28,868 nt of DNA from a virus. Its lineage: Duplodnaviria; Caudoviricetes. Positions 16,601 to 24,525 of the stretch are shown one piece after another (positions within the stretch are counted from its first letter, which is position 1; each line of letters begins with the position of its first letter). Both the position numbers and the translations under genes were made by a program. The notes under the pieces were generated by a model. That model made no database searches and had not been told where the DNA came from. It saw only the letters and a list, made by a program, of their open reading frames with translations. The DNA lies in the IMG/VR virus record IMGVR_UViG_3300036783_000240, positions 1-28,868 of that record; one strand, 5' to 3'.

Positions 16601-17774
16601 AAGCCAGAAAGGCTATGAATACGCCGATTACTATGACGGTATAAAGCGTTTTGTGTTTATGCGGCAGTCAAAAAGAGGGTCAATCGAATACAGTGCCGAA
16701 GATCAAGGCTTTGGGAATTATTGGGAACATAATGATCCTGATAACAACCGCCGTTATTCGGGTAATGGCTACTCCGATTTAATTCGCCATATGAACCGGC
16801 AAGACAGAGGACAGGTATATGACTCCAAACTGGCTGAGCATTACGGCGATAATCTGACGCTTAGCGGGTTTGATTTGTTTGTTGAGAACAGTAATGCCGC
16901 CGCTTACAAGAATTCCAGTGGTGACGAAGTTTATGTGTATAAGGATGATGACGGCGAAGAACTAAAGAACATAGAAGATGCCAAGTGGGCCGTCTTTATG
17001 AAGAATGAGGACGGCGTTAAAGAATATAAAAAAGGTCAAGGCACGAACGAACTAAACAAGATTGTGAGTAATCTGGCCGAAGCGCATAAGGAGGAAGGCC
17101 AGAAACGTGCTAATGAGAAGGCTCACATGGGTGAAGCGATGCACCGCACCGCAACCAATGTGGTCAATAAGCTTGGTTATGATATGAAGCGGGTAGAGTT
17201 TAGTGATGAGGATAAGTTATTCACTTTGAATGGGACACAGCATCATTATGCCGGTGCGGCCTATATCGCCAGCGGTCCTAATAAAGGTAAGATTGTGCTT
17301 TATACAAAGCATCTCGACCCGTTGAGTATTCGCCCGGTGGCGGCGCATGAGGTTATGCACCAGAAGTTTCAAGCGGCGCTTGAAGACTTTCAGGCCGAGA
17401 AGAAGAAGGTGTGGGGACCGGATTACGAAAAAAACACTTATGCCAGTGGTGAGTTAAGACCGGGTAAGGAGAAGGAATTTCCGGTTTATGCAGAGTTCTA
17501 CCCGGTGATTGAAGCCGGTGACGTAATGCAGAAGCTCCGCGATGGCGATGGCGTCACTAATTACAGTAAGATGTGGTGGAAGGAGCATAATGACGGTAAG
17601 GCCGATGTCCAGCAAGCGGTGCATGAGACACTGGCCGAGATGGCGGCACAGCATGAGCAGACCGGTATAATCCCCGGTACTGCGGCGTGGAAGAAACTTT
17701 ATTCAGCGGTAAATCGGGTGTATCGCGCGAACCATTGGGGTGGTAAGAATATCGGTGAGAGTGAAGCGGCATGA
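13677..17774 (+). CDS. polyvalent multidomain protein: nucleotidyltransferase, ADP-ribosyltransferase-like and HExxH metallopeptidase-like domains
   Basis: ILTGSNASYNY...SDIDVHL (Pol-beta-fold GS...DxD); VLYHQTS...GFD...GVFL...GYDSVEI (ART-like); AHEVMHQ...HETLAE (zincin); domains separated by DPS(E/Q)xRDPxG(K/R)(W/F) repeats. Confidence 0.75.
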   Translation: MLLHIHRTRDEDDPGQGHSVLNPSIFNGDKLKPAVRDKLLSDAARFQQFLKVPNLPVTDVILTGSNASYNYTPESDIDVHLLVDFTKLPFSDIADNYFMAEKKVWQDNYDSRIYNMPVEFYVQDTRGADRLTANGVYSLTQNKWTKYPKTLSYADPKAVDAKYNDYKHRIDTLLAGLHTIKQIDDLSDKIYDLRKSGLKKGGELSVENVTFKKLRNNGDLRRLDDEQNRLTSRELSLSATKDAYDPSEKRDPGGKWTSGGGGSKKQADPPTTLFASPNVEEHLTFEQAVKGLQSPRQKLLAAFSHDIDKTLGINDVRINHVVGAWADGAENSVMTNTARADPDIEKVAAAAKGFLADQKAVLLFRPDENGHEFMAQFRTKGDLGDIHQQLLDDGVQFHTLEPRGSDVIIHVYGDSPQTLEVVSKAAKRYNAQVDVHPGNGAFIGTTKEDGTDEEQREDARSIYTKTIEGVAATGKLPDKWRTQWQNYIDNWQRQTGRQATGGIAESKDEFDPSQERDPSGKWTSGGGSSTSTTSHNVPQKRLDELKSQGFDTSRVLYHQTSTEAKSHILEDGFDLNKGREILTDEAVPDGVFLKPTDANIGVEGAEQIPLFAKMKNTLKVFTQKQLKDKLSGQDEEYRKLAATATKTDRDFAEEEKKFKSVRGLPPGEREQLIADKEEFFKRWNAENERTSTAARKRATQVLKDQGYDSVEISQDVGGFGKGATKTIIVFGGENSIAHAEGDAKVLPIKGLTTKDYDPSEKRDPGGRFATGGTSTSSMTGHNPFMHHPMARGGQLFSIHGTEGEDPKQAAPYHKPEFRGYDSADPDQYPNEQRRRGWHLETGGANEVRKLEGEWISGGAPGGNPANVQPAGGTLPYVITKPRKRWQFVHLYTYDGKFSISFGRTKDKEPFDETKHPQAPAGAPGGKGGQFVSKGEGTGGSGAAATAKASPRESTETERKAETETPKPPVNLSHELSQKGYEYADYYDGIKRFVFMRQSKRGSIEYSAEDQGFGNYWEHNDPDNNRRYSGNGYSDLIRHMNRQDRGQVYDSKLAEHYGDNLTLSGFDLFVENSNAAAYKNSSGDEVYVYKDDDGEELKNIEDAKWAVFMKNEDGVKEYKKGQGTNELNKIVSNLAEAHKEEGQKRANEKAHMGEAMHRTATNVVNKLGYDMKRVEFSDEDKLFTLNGTQHHYAGAAYIASGPNKGKIVLYTKHLDPLSIRPVAAHEVMHQKFQAALEDFQAEKKKVWGPDYEKNTYASGELRPGKEKEFPVYAEFYPVIEAGDVMQKLRDGDGVTNYSKMWWKEHNDGKADVQQAVHETLAEMAAQHEQTGIIPGTAAWKKLYSAVNRVYRANHWGGKNIGESEAA

Positions 17775-17962
17775 TCGAACGTCAGACTGTTGACGGAAGA
17801 AAAGCCACTGTTGCCTATATGACCGCTGATTTTGAACCGGCAGATAAAGACGATGCCGAGTTAATCAAAGTGTTGTTTGATGATGGTGATATTGCCTTCT
17901 TAGTGCCTAAGAAAGCAGAGGATAAAGATGTCGTTCCTGATGAGGATGAAGATGAGGTGTGA
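17771..17962 (+). CDS. small acidic hypothetical protein
   Basis: ATGA overlap with the upstream stop. Confidence 0.65.
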   Translation: MIERQTVDGRKATVAYMTADFEPADKDDAELIKVLFDDGDIAFLVPKKAEDKDVVPDEDEDEV

Positions 17963-18143
17963 GGAGTGTCACGGTGACAGAGTTGTGATGCGCTATTCCC
18001 CAGAACTGTCACGCTGGCATCCGGTACCCTGCCCATCCTGCAATGGTACGGCAATCACCTCCTGTTGTGAAGGTCAAGTTGGCAATTCCTGTGATGTCAC
18101 CAATTTAGGTACAATCACAGAAAATGGGATGCCGCAAATCTAA
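17928..18143 (+). CDS. small DnaJ-type zinc-ribbon protein (start may be 17946 or 17952)
   Basis: CEECHG...CPSCNG...CC. Confidence 0.6.
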   Translation: MSFLMRMKMRCEECHGDRVVMRYSPELSRWHPVPCPSCNGTAITSCCEGQVGNSCDVTNLGTITENGMPQI

Positions 18144-18256
18144 GCGAACATCCCATAAAGTTTCCGTCATCTCACCTACTCAACTACTCAATTAAACAGT
18201 GACACCGTAAGAAGGTCACCTTATACTGACGAAGTAGGATAGAAAAAGGGAACCTG

Positions 18257-18541
18257 ATGCCCAAGACAAAACTTCTATTGGTAGAGGAAGGTGAGTTTTT
18301 AGCGGCTTATATCGGTGACTATGGCAAATCCGATGTCATGGTAGGAGCCATTGCCCTGGCAATCGTCAGAGCCCATCCCAAGACCAAAAAGAAATTCATC
18401 AAATTACTCAGGAAAGCGGTGACACAACGGATGGGGGAGTTGCCCGAGGTGTGGGCGGTGAATGATACGATGCGACCATTGGTGACAGAGCCGCCAAAGG
18501 TGCTTGACGATGATGCAAAGATTCAAGATATAGTAGGTTAG
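18257..18541 (+). CDS. hypothetical protein
   Basis: ORF track; AAGGGA upstream. Confidence 0.6.
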   Translation: MPKTKLLLVEEGEFLAAYIGDYGKSDVMVGAIALAIVRAHPKTKKKFIKLLRKAVTQRMGELPEVWAVNDTMRPLVTEPPKVLDDDAKIQDIVG

Positions 18542-18570
18542 GAAAAAATAAACATACGAAGTATAAAGAG

Positions 18571-19359
18571 ATGGCTTTCGTTACTTATGCCAAACCAGAT
18601 AAGCCTAAACCTAGACAAGAGGTAATTAGGTTTGGTAATAATGTTGTCCGCAACCACCGTTCTGCTACAGAACAGCGGAATGTAAGGAAGACGGCCTACC
18701 ATATTACTCAGGCCGACCCTACGAATATTGTAAGCGTCAGACGTGGTAACTGTCGCTGGTGCTGGGGGGCAAATAATGAATACCAGCGCACCGACTGGGA
18801 ACTTGAGCGTGACTTGAACCGTCACATCGCTTCAAGTAGAAACAAGGGTAAGACCTTCCCAGAACTTGGCGGCGGCGGGTTTATTAAGACGAAAGACCCT
18901 AATCCACGCTGCCCGATCTGCGCTGGTGAAGGCGAATCCTATGTAAGTATTGAGGATTTCCGCAAGCTTAGTCTTCGCGACCGCAGCTTGATTGCCGGCG
19001 TCAAGATGAGCAAGACCGGGCAGGTGGAGGAGATACGCTTCCACAACAAGATCGACGCCATCAACACCTTTGCCAAGCTCGACGGCATGATCACCGAGAA
19101 GAAGGTGGTCCGAATACTTGAAGCCACCGAGGCTGACCTTGATCAGTACTTCAATGGCACCACCATCGATCATGATGACCCTGACCTAGCGCCATTCCTG
19201 GCCAAGATGGCGGATGCGGGACCAGGGGTGACAGTACCCTCATCAGGGACCGTCACCGATGCCTATGAGGAACCCGCGCAACAAGCGGCAGGTGACCAAC
19301 AGCGGGAAGCGCGCCTTGCCCGCTTAAGGGCTCTCAAAGACGCTGGGATGCTCGATTGA
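18571..19359 (+). CDS. terS: terminase small subunit-like protein (Zn-finger type)
   Basis: RRGNCRWCWG...YQ...GGGGF...PNPRCPICAGEG...DFRKLS...AGVK...G matches Zn-finger TerS proteins; lies upstream of TerL. Confidence 0.7.
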   Translation: MAFVTYAKPDKPKPRQEVIRFGNNVVRNHRSATEQRNVRKTAYHITQADPTNIVSVRRGNCRWCWGANNEYQRTDWELERDLNRHIASSRNKGKTFPELGGGGFIKTKDPNPRCPICAGEGESYVSIEDFRKLSLRDRSLIAGVKMSKTGQVEEIRFHNKIDAINTFAKLDGMITEKKVVRILEATEADLDQYFNGTTIDHDDPDLAPFLAKMADAGPGVTVPSSGTVTDAYEEPAQQAAGDQQREARLARLRALKDAGMLD

Positions 19360-19364
19360 AGCAA

Positions 19365-19391
19365 GAGGACGAGAGATGACCTCTCGTCCTC
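19365..19391 (+). terminator. 11-bp perfect hairpin after terS
   Basis: GAGGACGAGAG-ATGAC-CTCTCGTCCTC; no strong U-tract. Confidence 0.4.
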
Positions 19392-19477
19392 CATGCGGCC
19401 TCTGCAACCGTCGCGGGGAAGCAAGCGGAGGGAGGAAGTGTGTTATAATGCCTGACCTAACATAAGGTCAATGGTAA

Positions 19478-19717
19478 ATGCCCTCATTCAATACAAAAGA
19501 TTACCGACATATCTTTGAACTGGGCCGCTCGATCTATTTCAAGGGTGCTGGCAATGTCGCCATGCGCGAAATGGCTGTCGAATTGATGGTAATGGCCGAA
19601 AGTGTTATTGGCCAGCAATCTGATTGGCCAAAATTATCTGAACATTACAGGTTACATCGCAGATTTCTGTCTAATGACAAAACTACTGCCGAAGTTATCG
19701 AACTGAAGCGTAAGTGA
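19478..19717 (+). CDS. hypothetical protein
   Basis: ORF track; an extended -10 (TGTTATAAT, 19441-19449) lies upstream. Confidence 0.6.
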   Translation: MPSFNTKDYRHIFELGRSIYFKGAGNVAMREMAVELMVMAESVIGQQSDWPKLSEHYRLHRRFLSNDKTTAEVIELKRK

Positions 19718-20064
19718 AGTAGACAAAAACTTATAGGATTATCCGCTCGACGGGGATCTTATTCCTAAAACCAATAGGTTGAAGTGGCAGTGACTAAACG
19801 GACTGATTCCCTTGACCGACACCTATTATAGGTTGTGGTGGTGACCAAAGAAAACGGGCTGAGGGGAAGGTGGCCCCAGCCCGTTCATAGTGCCTCGCAC
19901 CTCAACCGCCCGGTCCAGGGACCGGCTGAGGTACTAGGTCAACGGCATGCCGGAAGGCCCATCCGAAAAAAGTTGCGGTGCGATCTTGTTTTTATATTTG
20001 ACAGGCGGGTGACACTTCTGCGACCTTGGGCGTGACCCGGCATCCGATAGGAGTCGGGACACTT

Positions 20065-20220
20065 GATAGCCCATAACCGATAGCCTCCATAACCGCAAAA
20101 ACGCAACCAGACCAAGTACATAGCCTCCAAAACTCCAATCAAGCAAACGCCAAACCAAGCAAACGAATAGCCATAGCCTCCGCGCGAACCCTATGAGATG
20201 CGCGATATAGCCTATAGCCG
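20065..20220 (+). repeat. cluster of seven ATAGCC hexamers in an A/C-skewed intergenic tract
   Basis: ATAGCC at 20066, 20080, 20120, 20167, 20173, 20207 and 20214. Confidence 0.6.
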
Positions 20221-20418
20221 CAACAGCCCATCAGACATCAAACATAACCTAGATGCCCGATCCTGATCCGGAGAGGTGGTGGCATCGTATAGCGGATAAC
20301 CACATCAGTCATTTTTGCAAAGATGGACTGAACGGTTGTGGCCTACGATTGATTCGTAGGTTGCAACCTAAAGTCCAAACACTCAGAAAGTCGGCGCGCC
20401 GATCACTGATATGACCAA

Positions 20419-21930
20419 ATGGCACTCGATCTTAATCGCCTGAGTTATGAAGAGAAGCTTCAACTCTGGAAGATAATCGAGCAGAAGAAGAAACTCAAAG
20501 ATGCAACATTACCAAACTGGGACCAATATGTTAATGACCCGGTTGGTTTTGTTCAAAAAGGTCTAGGCGAGTTTCTGTGGAGTAAGCAACGGGAAGTCTT
20601 TGAGGCAATACAGCAAAATGATCGTGTTGCAGTAAAGTCTTGTCACAGTTCCGGCAAGTCATTTAGTGTCGCACGGTTAGCCGGGTGGTGGATCGCTAGT
20701 CACAGACCCGGTGAAGCATTTGTAGTTAGTACCGCTCCAACATTTGCACAGGTCCGTGCGATTTTGTGGCGGGAGATAAATCGGGTCCACAAAAAGGGTA
20801 AACTACCCGGTTACACAAATCAAACCGAGTGGTTTATCAATAACGAGTTGGTCGCATTTGGTAGAAAGCCAGATGACGATTCAACCGTCGCCTTCCAAGG
20901 GGTTCATGCCCGCTTTATTCTAGTGATACTAGATGAAGCTGGAGGCGTGCCGGGACCGATATGGAATGCCGCCGAGACGCTTGCAGCGAACGGTGGCAAA
21001 ATCATCGCTATCGGCAATCCCGATGATCCATTAACCGAATTCAAACGTGTGTGTGACCCTGGCTCTGGCTGGAAGGTCATAACCATTAATGCATTCGACA
21101 CTCCCAATTTTACTGGTGAACAAGTCCCGCAGTTAGTCAGTGAATTACTGATTAGCAAAGAATGGGTTGAGCGATATCGCCGCCGCTGGGGAACTAGTCA
21201 CCAATTCTATATAGCCAAAGTACTCGGCGAGTTTCCTGATGTTAGTGTCGATTCACTCATACCGATGTCATTGGTTAAAGCAGCAGTGGAACGCGAGCTT
21301 ACTCCCACTGAACCAAACGAACTCGGTGTTGATGTCGCCCGAATGGGTGGTAATGAATCTGTTATATATTGGCGGCGTGGATCAGTCGCACGCTTATATG
21401 GTGCCTATACCCAACGCACACTCATGGAATTGACCGGTCACGTTGTCAACGCGATCAATGAGACTGGTGCCACCAGAGTTAAGATCGATGATCCCGGCAT
21501 GGGCGGTGGTGTCACTGACCGCTTGCAAGAACTGCAAAACGAAACCTATTCACCATTACCGCGTAATGTCGATATCATCCCGGTGAATGTCGGATTGCCA
21601 CCAACCGACAATGAGATGTCCACAAAGAAATTCGCCAACCTTAAGTCAGAACTAAGCTGGCAAATGCGGGAGCGTTTCGAGCGTGGTGACATTGACTTAG
21701 GTGACGATGAAGACACCATGGCGCAGACTGTTGCGATGAAATATGGTGTCACTAGTCGCGGTTGGTTAAAGATCGCTACTAAAGAAGAAATGCAAAAAGA
21801 GATGGCAGAACTTGAAACCGATGCAAGTTCTACATCACCGGATCGCTGGGATGCCTTAGTACTAGCATTTGCTGAGGACATCCCCGGTGACAAACTCGGC
21901 GCGTGGCGCGGGATAGCCGCTCAAATGTAG
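20419..21930 (+). CDS. terL: terminase large subunit
   Basis: Walker A SCHSSGKS, Walker B LVILDEAGG, coupling motif IGNP, nuclease motifs LGVDVARMG and SPDRWDAL. Confidence 0.95.
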   Translation: MALDLNRLSYEEKLQLWKIIEQKKKLKDATLPNWDQYVNDPVGFVQKGLGEFLWSKQREVFEAIQQNDRVAVKSCHSSGKSFSVARLAGWWIASHRPGEAFVVSTAPTFAQVRAILWREINRVHKKGKLPGYTNQTEWFINNELVAFGRKPDDDSTVAFQGVHARFILVILDEAGGVPGPIWNAAETLAANGGKIIAIGNPDDPLTEFKRVCDPGSGWKVITINAFDTPNFTGEQVPQLVSELLISKEWVERYRRRWGTSHQFYIAKVLGEFPDVSVDSLIPMSLVKAAVERELTPTEPNELGVDVARMGGNESVIYWRRGSVARLYGAYTQRTLMELTGHVVNAINETGATRVKIDDPGMGGGVTDRLQELQNETYSPLPRNVDIIPVNVGLPPTDNEMSTKKFANLKSELSWQMRERFERGDIDLGDDEDTMAQTVAMKYGVTSRGWLKIATKEEMQKEMAELETDASSTSPDRWDALVLAFAEDIPGDKLGAWRGIAAQM

Positions 21931-22326
21931 ATGCACCCGGATAACAACTTTAGTCCAGATGAATCTATGACTGAATGGTTTTCCAAGTTTACGCGTAGTG
22001 TCGAGCATGCCGCTGGATCGCCATGGGCATTTGTACTAGCGGCACTTAGTATATTGATCTGGGCGGTGTCAGGACCGCTGTTCGATTTCAGTGACACTTG
22101 GCAGCTTGTTATTAATACCTTCACCACATTGGTGACGTTCTTACTGGTATTCATTATTCAGGCATCACAGACTCGTGATACCAAAGCCATTCAAGTTAAG
22201 CTTGACGAACTACTAAGAGTAGATCGCCAAGCTCGTAATGAGTTGATCAATCTTGAAGACAAGACTGACGAAGAGATAGCCCGGTCAAAGCGTGAGTTTA
22301 GAGGGTTTGATAAGTTTAGTAGTTAG
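21931..22326 (+). CDS. low-affinity iron permease (Fet4-like) family protein
   Basis: AGSPWAF...SGPLFDFSDTWQLVINTFTTLVTFLLVFIIQASQTRDTKAIQVKLDEL family signature; start may be 21967. Confidence 0.88.
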   Translation: MHPDNNFSPDESMTEWFSKFTRSVEHAAGSPWAFVLAALSILIWAVSGPLFDFSDTWQLVINTFTTLVTFLLVFIIQASQTRDTKAIQVKLDELLRVDRQARNELINLEDKTDEEIARSKREFRGFDKFSS

Positions 22327-22876
22327 CGCGCCGTTGTTATGGTTCTCGCCTTGGGTATGGCTCGCGCTGAGCATTGGGTTCTCGCCTATTACGTGGCTCA
22401 CGCGCGCGGACTTTATAGTTCTCGCTTGTGAAAGGGCTCACGCAAAAGTGTTGGTTCTCGCATCTCACTTGGCTCGCGCGTATTACTGGGTTCTCGTATC
22501 TCGCTTGGCTCGCGCACCTGTCTTAGTTCACGCATATAATTTGGCTCACGCACCATACTGAGTTCTCGCGAGATAATAGGTTAACGCAGTGCTTTTAGTT
22601 CTCGCCGACCCTATGGCTCGCGCCATCACAATAGTTCTCGCCTAGTACGTGGCTCACGCACTTCTCTTAGTTCTCGCTTGCGTAGTGGCTCGCGCTCGTC
22701 AGTTGGTTCTCGCACTTATAGGGGCTCACGCAACCCATTTAGTTCTCGCATATTTCAGGGTTAGCGCACTGCTTCTAGTTCTCGTATACGGCAGGGCTCA
22801 CGCGTCATACTGAGTTCTCGCGGATCATTAGGGTTCGCGCTCCAATTTGAGTTCTCGCTACTATCCTGGCTCACGC
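22323..22876 (-). ncRNA. TIGR-like array 2, distal segment (15 units of 36 nt)
   Basis: Same alternating RGTTCTCGC / GGCTCRCGC repeats with 9-nt spacers as array 1. Confidence 0.85.
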
Positions 22877-22881
22877 ATTAA

Positions 22882-23085
22882 TCAGGGTTGCGCATCTTTG
22901 GGCTCGTCTTCTTCTGTTTCTTCTTCTATGTTTGCTTTGGTTCCTATGACTACAGTTTCACCTTGGAATGTGATCGCCATCATAATATAGGCTTCATCCC
23001 AGATATTATCTGGCATCGAAGTAATAGTTTCGAGCGCAGTATTAACAACTTTCTTGAACTGTTCTTTTGTCATTTTATCTGCCAT
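22882..23085 (-). CDS. 67-aa acidic protein embedded in array 2
   Basis: Non-repetitive ORF interrupting the array; GGAG 8 nt before the ATG. Confidence 0.7.
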   Translation of the reverse strand: MADKMTKEQFKKVVNTALETITSMPDNIWDEAYIMMAITFQGETVVIGTKANIEEETEEDEPKDAQP

Positions 23086-23086
23086 T

Positions 23087-23418
23087 GGTCGCGCTCCAGT
23101 CTGGGTTCTCGCAGGATAATAGGCTCACGCAATGCTGGGGGCTCCCGCTCGTTACTGGGTTAGCGCGGGGTGCAGAGTTCTCGCGGAACGCTTGGCTCGC
23201 GCTACGTTCTGAGTTCTCGCTATATGCATGGCTCACGCGCGGTTCTTAGTTCTCGCAGCTTGTGAGGATCGCGCTTCAGACATAGTTCTCGCGATACACT
23301 TGGATCGCGCAAAAGTGTTGGTTCTTGCATCTCACTTGGCTCGCGCTTTGCGGTAAGTTCTCGCTTCACCAGGGGCTCGCGCTAGACATTGGGTTCTCGC
23401 TAGACATGGGGCTTATGC
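23087..23418 (-). ncRNA. TIGR-like array 2, proximal segment (9 units of 36 nt)
   Basis: Same dual repeats; contains a copy of the unit at 22444-22479. Confidence 0.85.
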
Positions 23419-23539
23419 CGTTCACGGAATCGGAGTTGTGTGGAGAGGATTCCCAACGGCTGTCAGTGTTATTACAGTCACTTGCTGACTTGACTGGGAC
23501 TGCGCTGAAGACACCCAAGACACAGCCACTTATTTCAAT

Positions 23540-23569
23540 AGTGTACCACATAACTCCAGATCATTGCAA
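23540..23569 (-). promoter_or_regulatory. sigma70-like promoter TTGCAA-N18-TACACT with extended -10 TG, facing array 2
   Basis: -35 at 23564-23569 and -10 at 23540-23545 on the minus strand, about 120 nt upstream of the first repeat. Confidence 0.5.
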
Positions 23570-23670
23570 TAATCCATGCTACCAGTATCACCGGCAAAAT
23601 CTGTGGGAGCCGGCGTAAAAAGATTAACACAACCCACAGGAATGCAGTAAGAATTACCCAGATCGCCAAC

Positions 23671-23907
23671 TTACACCTTAACTCCGTCATACACAAAATA
23701 GCTTGGTGTTGATCCTTGCACCAGTGAATTATAGTAGCTTATGAATTGAGCGACGGTCATTGGTGTAGTGCCAGACATTGACACTTGCCACAGAAAATTG
23801 ATCGCGGTCTGGCGCTGAGGCACTAATATTCCGGTGTAAGTACACCCCAACTTTCGTGACATATCGATTAGTGTCATCGTTGGCAGTGAATTAAGCCAGT
23901 CCCGCAT
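23671..23907 (-). CDS. hypothetical protein
   Basis: AGGAG RBS; part of a three-gene minus-strand insert. Confidence 0.7.
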   Translation of the reverse strand: MRDWLNSLPTMTLIDMSRKLGCTYTGILVPQRQTAINFLWQVSMSGTTPMTVAQFISYYNSLVQGSTPSYFVYDGVKV

Positions 23908-23916
23908 GATGAACTC

Positions 23917-24102
23917 CTACTCACCATTTATAGCATCGGATACTGAGCCGTCCGCAAACTCATATCGAGTGATTGTATAGCTGATCACGGAGGGATCAAG
24001 CTTTTTTGCCAAGGCCGAGCATTGCTCAACTGGTATATAGTAATCATTCTCTGGCCCAAGCAATTCTTTGGTTTGTTGTTCAAATTGCTCTGCGAGTTTC
24101 AT
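23917..24102 (-). CDS. hypothetical protein
   Basis: AAGG RBS; operon spacing. Confidence 0.65.
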   Translation of the reverse strand: MKLAEQFEQQTKELLGPENDYYIPVEQCSALAKKLDPSVISYTITRYEFADGSVSDAINGE

Positions 24103-24104
24103 TG

Positions 24105-24338
24105 CTATACCTTTTGTTCTAACGCTTCGATCCGATTTAATATATCGCCTCTAACATCATTACGTAGGCGATCAAACTGGCTGCGTAAGGCACGCATTTC
24201 TACCGTTAGGCTGGTGATATTGGAATCCAAGCGAGTAAGTATTGCTGTCATGACCATACGGTCATCCCGCATATCTGCTAACTCATGCTGAATGCTACGC
24301 AATATGCGCTGGATTACGTTATTTGTTTCGTCGCTCAT
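24105..24338 (-). CDS. small coiled-coil protein
   Basis: Start moved to ATG 24338 (AGGGA); heptad pattern ending RIEALEQKV. Confidence 0.7.
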   Translation of the reverse strand: MSDETNNVIQRILRSIQHELADMRDDRMVMTAILTRLDSNITSLTVEMRALRSQFDRLRNDVRGDILNRIEALEQKV

Positions 24339-24525
24339 ATTAATTTCCCTTAAGAGAAAAAGTGCCGGTCGCGAGATTAGGAGTAAGATGAAAGCAACCT
24401 CCACCGGCTGACGGGGTTATTTAGAATCGCTGCTGTAGCGCGCTTCAAGGACACTCAAATACCGTCTTGTCCTGAGTCAATTGCATGAATTACTACCACA
24501 TCTGTAGGAGAAAAGTCAAGTACTA

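Noticed and set aside
22292-23618. ORFs 22292-22561, 22888-23163, 23067-23249, 23325-23618 and 23366-23551
   Set aside because: They are translations of array repeats or leader sequence, or shadows of the embedded gene.
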